NCBI GenBank assembly: GCA_964016885.1
Contig: OZ024742.1
Location: forward strand, 299,336,001 to 299,400,000
Source of the DNA: Eledone cirrhosa
Lineage: Eukaryota
DNA: 64,000 nucleotides
Reading direction: 5' to 3'
The notes beneath the pieces are model-generated. The model was not told the origin of the DNA. It did no database searches and saw only the letters and a list, made by a program, of their open reading frames with translations. Position numbers and translations under genes: made by a program. This document shows positions 58,596-64,000 of this stretch, piece by piece. Positions within the stretch are counted from its first letter, which is position 1. Each line of letters begins with the position of its first letter.

Positions 58596-61500
58596 CTGTG
58601 TGTGTGCGTGTGTGTGTGTGTGTGCTGTACTGCTTTTCAGTAGAAAGATGGTAAGGGAATAATTGGATTACAACAACAGGGAATCGAAACCAGCATACAA
58701 AATATAAGCATTCTATATTAGATAGTAAAAGGGGAGATAATAGGTGCAATACTAATGGATTTTGAATAAAAAAAAATAGATAAAATAGTTTTTAACTGCA
58801 ACTTAATATAGCTATTTTGTTTCTAGAAATTAGAGGCAATTACCGCACAAATGAAATTCATAGCGGAATGATTGATGTAATATAAAAGACATAAAGATCT
58901 GAGTAGGAGGTAGATGACTGCAATTATCTGACATTGATTAATATTGAGATATATTACGTTTAAATGGCATTTTAAAGAAGAAGTCTATTTTGAGAAACGA
59001 TATTCAAAGTTCACGCGTTTGTTGATGAAGAAATTAATCAAAATAACCCATACAAAAAAAAGCACAAAATATATTCTCCTCATCGACAAAATACTGAAAA
59101 AAAAGTGCAAAGGCATACATCAGCAATATGAGGCCACTGGTGCTTTAAAACAATCATTAACAATCTACGTTGTTTTCCTTAAAGACTTATATAATGATGT
59201 ACGTTTTGATCGTAGTGTTTCTATTAGGTTATCTACCCTGCTATGTCACGCTGACATACTGACACCCCAATGTAGCTATCATTCTCGAAGTATCTACTCG
59301 TGCGCTAGTTTTTTCCTTCGTACATATATTTACATCTCTCGTTTCGAAAGCTGCTCTGTAATAATTCTGAAATTCGATTACTCCAACTGAAACTGACAGT
59401 ATATCTTGATCTATACTTATCCAGTGCAGAAAGTATATATATTATCACATTATACGAAGCTTTCGATCGAAACTTATGTATGTAATTTCCCTGCTTTACC
59501 ACTAAACACTAGTAAAAGTATGTAGATTTGGAGGTCTCGCTATGACTAGTCTAATATGATTATTAATGCCGCTAGAACATACCCTTACTTATATTCTGTT
59601 AACTGAAGCAATGTTCGAAGTTTGTGTATTCGACATTTTACTGTTACATTCCACAAGCTATAACTACTTCTCTGTTAGGTTGAAATCATACACTGATAAT
59701 ACAGTACAATCTACCATTTTGTTTTTATGATAATCAATTTTCATTATTAAACATTTATTATATAATCTACAATTGCAGATAATTGACATTATCTAAATCA
59801 TCTAAATCACGAAAGTAAATACCAGGCATTGACGGACATTTTCTATTTTCTGATGGTTGCTTCAGTCCCTGAACTGTCGTCATTCTCCAGTAAATCGGGA
59901 AAAAGGCATTAGGCTTGAGGAAGGACCTCACAAGGTGGAATATTATCGCTGGTTGTGCTCTATGGCAACGTTTTCGCCATCTTGGCCAATGGACGCGGCT
60001 CAAATTTGCCTACTAGACAAGAGAATAGAATGTATCTCCTCGTTTCTATCCATGTTATTTTATTTTTGCTTTCTTTTTGTCAGAGTAATAATATCATAAC
60101 TTGTATGAATACGGATTTCAGTATGCATTTGTTTTTCTCTTAAGCAGGTTAACATTTGACACATTACATTGTTCTTGCTGGAATGTTATTGACCGATTCT
60201 CAATGGTTTTAGCACTTAAAAAGATTTCAGTTGAAGTAAGAATTAGCCATCATTTTCTTAATGGATTTTCTTTATGTTCGGAGCAATTACTCATACTTTT
60301 CAAGACTCATTTGTGTCATGATAAACTATTGCACATTCATGTTTCCTTATAAAAAGTTCTCATAGCTGGTATTTGTAATAAAAGTATCAAATATCACTGA
60401 TATATAATACCTGACATATATATATACATGGAGAGAGTTTTAACATGAAGTATAAATGTTAAGTGGTGTGTCAGGTAAAGTGGGAGAAAGATACATAGGC
60501 AAGCGAACGCAGCAGTAATGAACGCTTGGTAGTTATTGTCTATCAAAACCACCACAACAGCTTTAAGTCTTTATGTGATGATTATGTTTTATTTTCTTTA
60601 TGACGAATGGAAAATACATAAAAATGTATATTTCGTTACTTAATTTCGGTCCTTTAAAAAAAATCCCTTTGTTTGATACCTTATTTGTTTTGTTTGGGCA
60701 TGAGCTAAATCATGAATTGGTCTAGTCAAACACAGATATAGACAATTCAGTTATATTTATTTCTCTGCCATATATTTCTAAATTTATCTATTTATACATC
60801 GTTATTCATTTACCTACTGCTTCCCAGTGTCGAAAATATATAATCCCAAAGTTCCCAGTTAAATTACGGGTAACACTCGTCTAGTGTAATAATTAATTAT
60901 ATTGTTGATGCTATAAAATGTATGTATGTAATTTTAATGTATAGCCAGCAAAGAGCATCGCGGAGTATTATGCAAATGTTCCAGCTGACAAAATGGTGAA
61001 TTCGTTATATTGAATTATATTTCAAAAAGAGAAGATTCTACTTGATTATCAGAACAAGCATCAACAACATCAAGGGCAATATATCGTTGAATAATTATCC
61101 ATCAAACTATTCTAATAAGATTTATTTTCTGAAAGTGATTTCGGCAAATTAAAAATTTAAACATTCGTATTTTATCTTCCCATACACATATTAATGCACT
61201 TTATTTCTTATGATCCGTTAAATTATTAACTAATGTTTATTTCTTAAACTCTTTTACTACTACTTCGTACATGAATTCTTATGGATTTTTAAATGGAACT
61301 AATTATATATAATAATTCCTTCTTATTAATCTAGTTTAGATACAATCTTTAACGGATAAAAACAAAACATCATTTGACTAAAAGTGAAGGAATTCTAATA
61401 AATTATAATATTGTCATTGTTTGCAATTCCATAACCTCTGACAGTGTAAACGTTCTTTTATATTTCAAAACCTATTAGTAATTTTACTATAGTGGAGCTG

Positions 61501-63154
61501 GGTTGTCTGTATAAATCATAGAGATGCTTAGATTTGACATTTGAATGTATTCTTGAATACCATCTTCCATTTGTGTTTTTCTTGCAAAATAGGCATGCTA
61601 TCGATTTAAAGTCAAATTTGAATTAGCTTATCATACTCATGAATTTAATTACTAGCACTATTACAAGCACAAACCACCTTTATGTAAGAGATAGATATAG
61701 GACACGCTTCTATAATATATCTGAAATAAAATGCGTAAAATTCCTAACTTTTCTCTTATTATTTATTATATTCTGGAGAAGCATCATAGCCCACATAATA
61801 TGAATAAGAGCCATTATATTGCTATCGAGTTCAAATAATGTGAGGTTATAGGATTGATTAAATAAAGTTAGTGATCATTTCAATGATGTCAGGTGGAAAC
61901 GAGGAATATTGATTACTGATATAAGCCCAAAGCCATAAATTTGGAGGGAAAATTTAGTCAATAAATTCGACATCAGTATTTATGTGACACTTTATATTAC
62001 CAACACTGAAATGATGAAAAACAAAGTTGATCTCGGTGGGATTTTATACTTAACAGAAGTATATATTTTTCAGGCTAAAGCCATCTATTATAACTAATGC
62101 GAGTGAATAAGAGAATTGAATGAATACAACCCATTCTCACCTCAAAATATTTAATGAATTAGGTGTCTACATTTCGTATGATGATGATGATGGAAATGAT
62201 AATGATTGATTTCAAAATATTTCCAGTCATTATAGTTCAGAAGATATTTTCCAAATATTTGTGTTAGGTACCGACATTCGTACTTTTAACCAGCCACTAA
62301 TCTTTCAAATAAATTAATAAAATGTTTCATGGTTCCAGCTGACAAAATGGTGAATGCATTATATTGAATTATATCTGTTGCGATTTTATTATTTACTTTC
62401 AGAAATTTGTCAACATATACAGAGTCATAAAACAATTTTTATTTCAGGATTTATCCAATCCTTTCAATGGTATACATAAACATGTTTTTTATGTATTATT
62501 TCCCGAATTATCCAAATAATAAGGGGAATCAAATAATGTGCAAATCAGCATGTGGTTCATCGTTTCAACTATCCCACTACAACTTAAAGAGGATTCCACA
62601 TTTTATCCTTATTTCACTTTGATGTCTCTGGTTAAGCCAATTCCAACTTCATAAAGCCGCTCTACAGAACAAACTAAGCAAGCTTGGGCGGATTATTTAT
62701 CGCTATCAGAGATATAATAGTCGAATCTAATTATATTTGAGCACGAAAACCGGAAGAACTGATATAAATACTGCAATGCATTCTATTGCTTCTACGGAGT
62801 CGTAACTAATATTTCATAGAAAAGAACATGGAAAATTCTAATTATGGTAATATACTCACAGTGAAAATAGTTGCAATTTTACTCAGCAGATAGATGAAGA
62901 ATAGCTTTGGGTATACGGAAAATCTGAAAAAAGAAATGAAACAGATCAGTTTCCAAATAAATATTATATCCATATCATATTGAACATCATATACTAAAGA
63001 AAGTATGAGTCAATTTCCTCGATTCAAAATGCACAGTCTATTCGAGGAAACATAAACCCATTAATTCAGTTGTAGGGATATTAGATTCTTCTAGGACCAC
63101 AATTGTCATTTTGATTATATAGACGTATTCACTACTGAAGTGAGAATGACGAAA

Positions 63155-63246
63155 TGGTAAACCATATTTCACCTCCCCATCATAAAATCTCTGGTTCGAT
63201 ACCACAGTGTAGCATATTAGGCCTGTCTTTTACTATAGCCCCGAGT
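63155..63246 (+). mobile_element. Degenerate tRNA-derived SINE head
   Basis: ggttcgatacc B box followed by tgtcttttactatagcc. Confidence 0.45.
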
Positions 63247-63945
63247 TTTGCTACGCCTACAAATAATAAAAGACCCAGACATATTTACATACCGGTAAAA
63301 TATTACCAATCGCCTTTCTAAAACTGTATCTATATATTTTCCGTACATTAACTTACATATTAAGACAAATATACCGATGTCAAAACATACCAACAAACAT
63401 ATAGACCAAAATACATAATAGGATACATACACCGATACCATATAACAACGCTTAAAATTACAACCCTCAACAATAACGAGAGAATTTATACACATACAAA
63501 TAAAGGCACAAGGAAACTCCTACTATACACATTAAATAATCCTGAATATAAACCTCAAATGTTACAAACAATCCAGAAAATAAAAAGAGCCACCCTATTA
63601 CACAACACCTACATTGCTAAAACACCATCAACTATACATAACACCATCCACGCACACAGCACTTACATAATATAAAACCAAATAACCTAACCAAACAAAG
63701 ACTTACACAACCCGCGTGCAATACCCATCTACTTTATTTAAATACAAACTAAACCCAACATCACTACACTACATAACACCTGTGCAAAACCCATACAAAA
63801 TAACACTCACACAAACTTTTATAACAACATAATATTTTATTTAATCTCGCTGCAGACTAAACGATAGTGGATCCTCACGGTGAACACTTAAAATAGACCC
63901 AATTGTTTGGGAATGAATACAATACCAGATTAAATTAAACTGTTA

Positions 63946-64000
63946 TACGAGGGTTGGCTGAAATGTTCAGAGGCTGACCAAGATACTCTCATAAAATATG
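63946..64000 (+). mobile_element. Possible mariner-like terminal inverted repeat (partner would lie outside the window)
   Basis: TA|CGAGGGTTGGCTGAAA start typical of mariner TIRs. Confidence 0.45.

Overview
AT-rich eukaryotic (animal) non-genic DNA. The SINEs and extreme (TA)n/(CA)n load suggest a cephalopod such as Octopus (inference). I recognise no host protein-coding gene, and most ORFs in the track are microsatellite artefacts. The window is dominated by Penelope-like retroelements (PLEs) with RT and a C-terminal GIY-YIG domain, resembling the (TA)n-targeting Hydra clade: four coding remnants and a dozen or more short non-coding relatives. Almost all sit inside (TA)n tracts, and most are fold-backs with both 3' ends pointing outwards. 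They carry roughly 25 type I minimal hammerhead ribozyme (HHR) motifs from about a dozen unrelated sequence families. These include recurrent non-canonical cores (U3-A8 compensatory pair, U4C, A13C), very long stem II insertions and palindromic loop III. Also present: a decayed Tx1/L1-like LINE joined directly to an R4/Dong 3' end, a CRE fragment, tRNA-derived SINEs, a Helitron terminus, a mariner-like end and several minisatellites. Coordinates were read by eye and may be off by a few bases.
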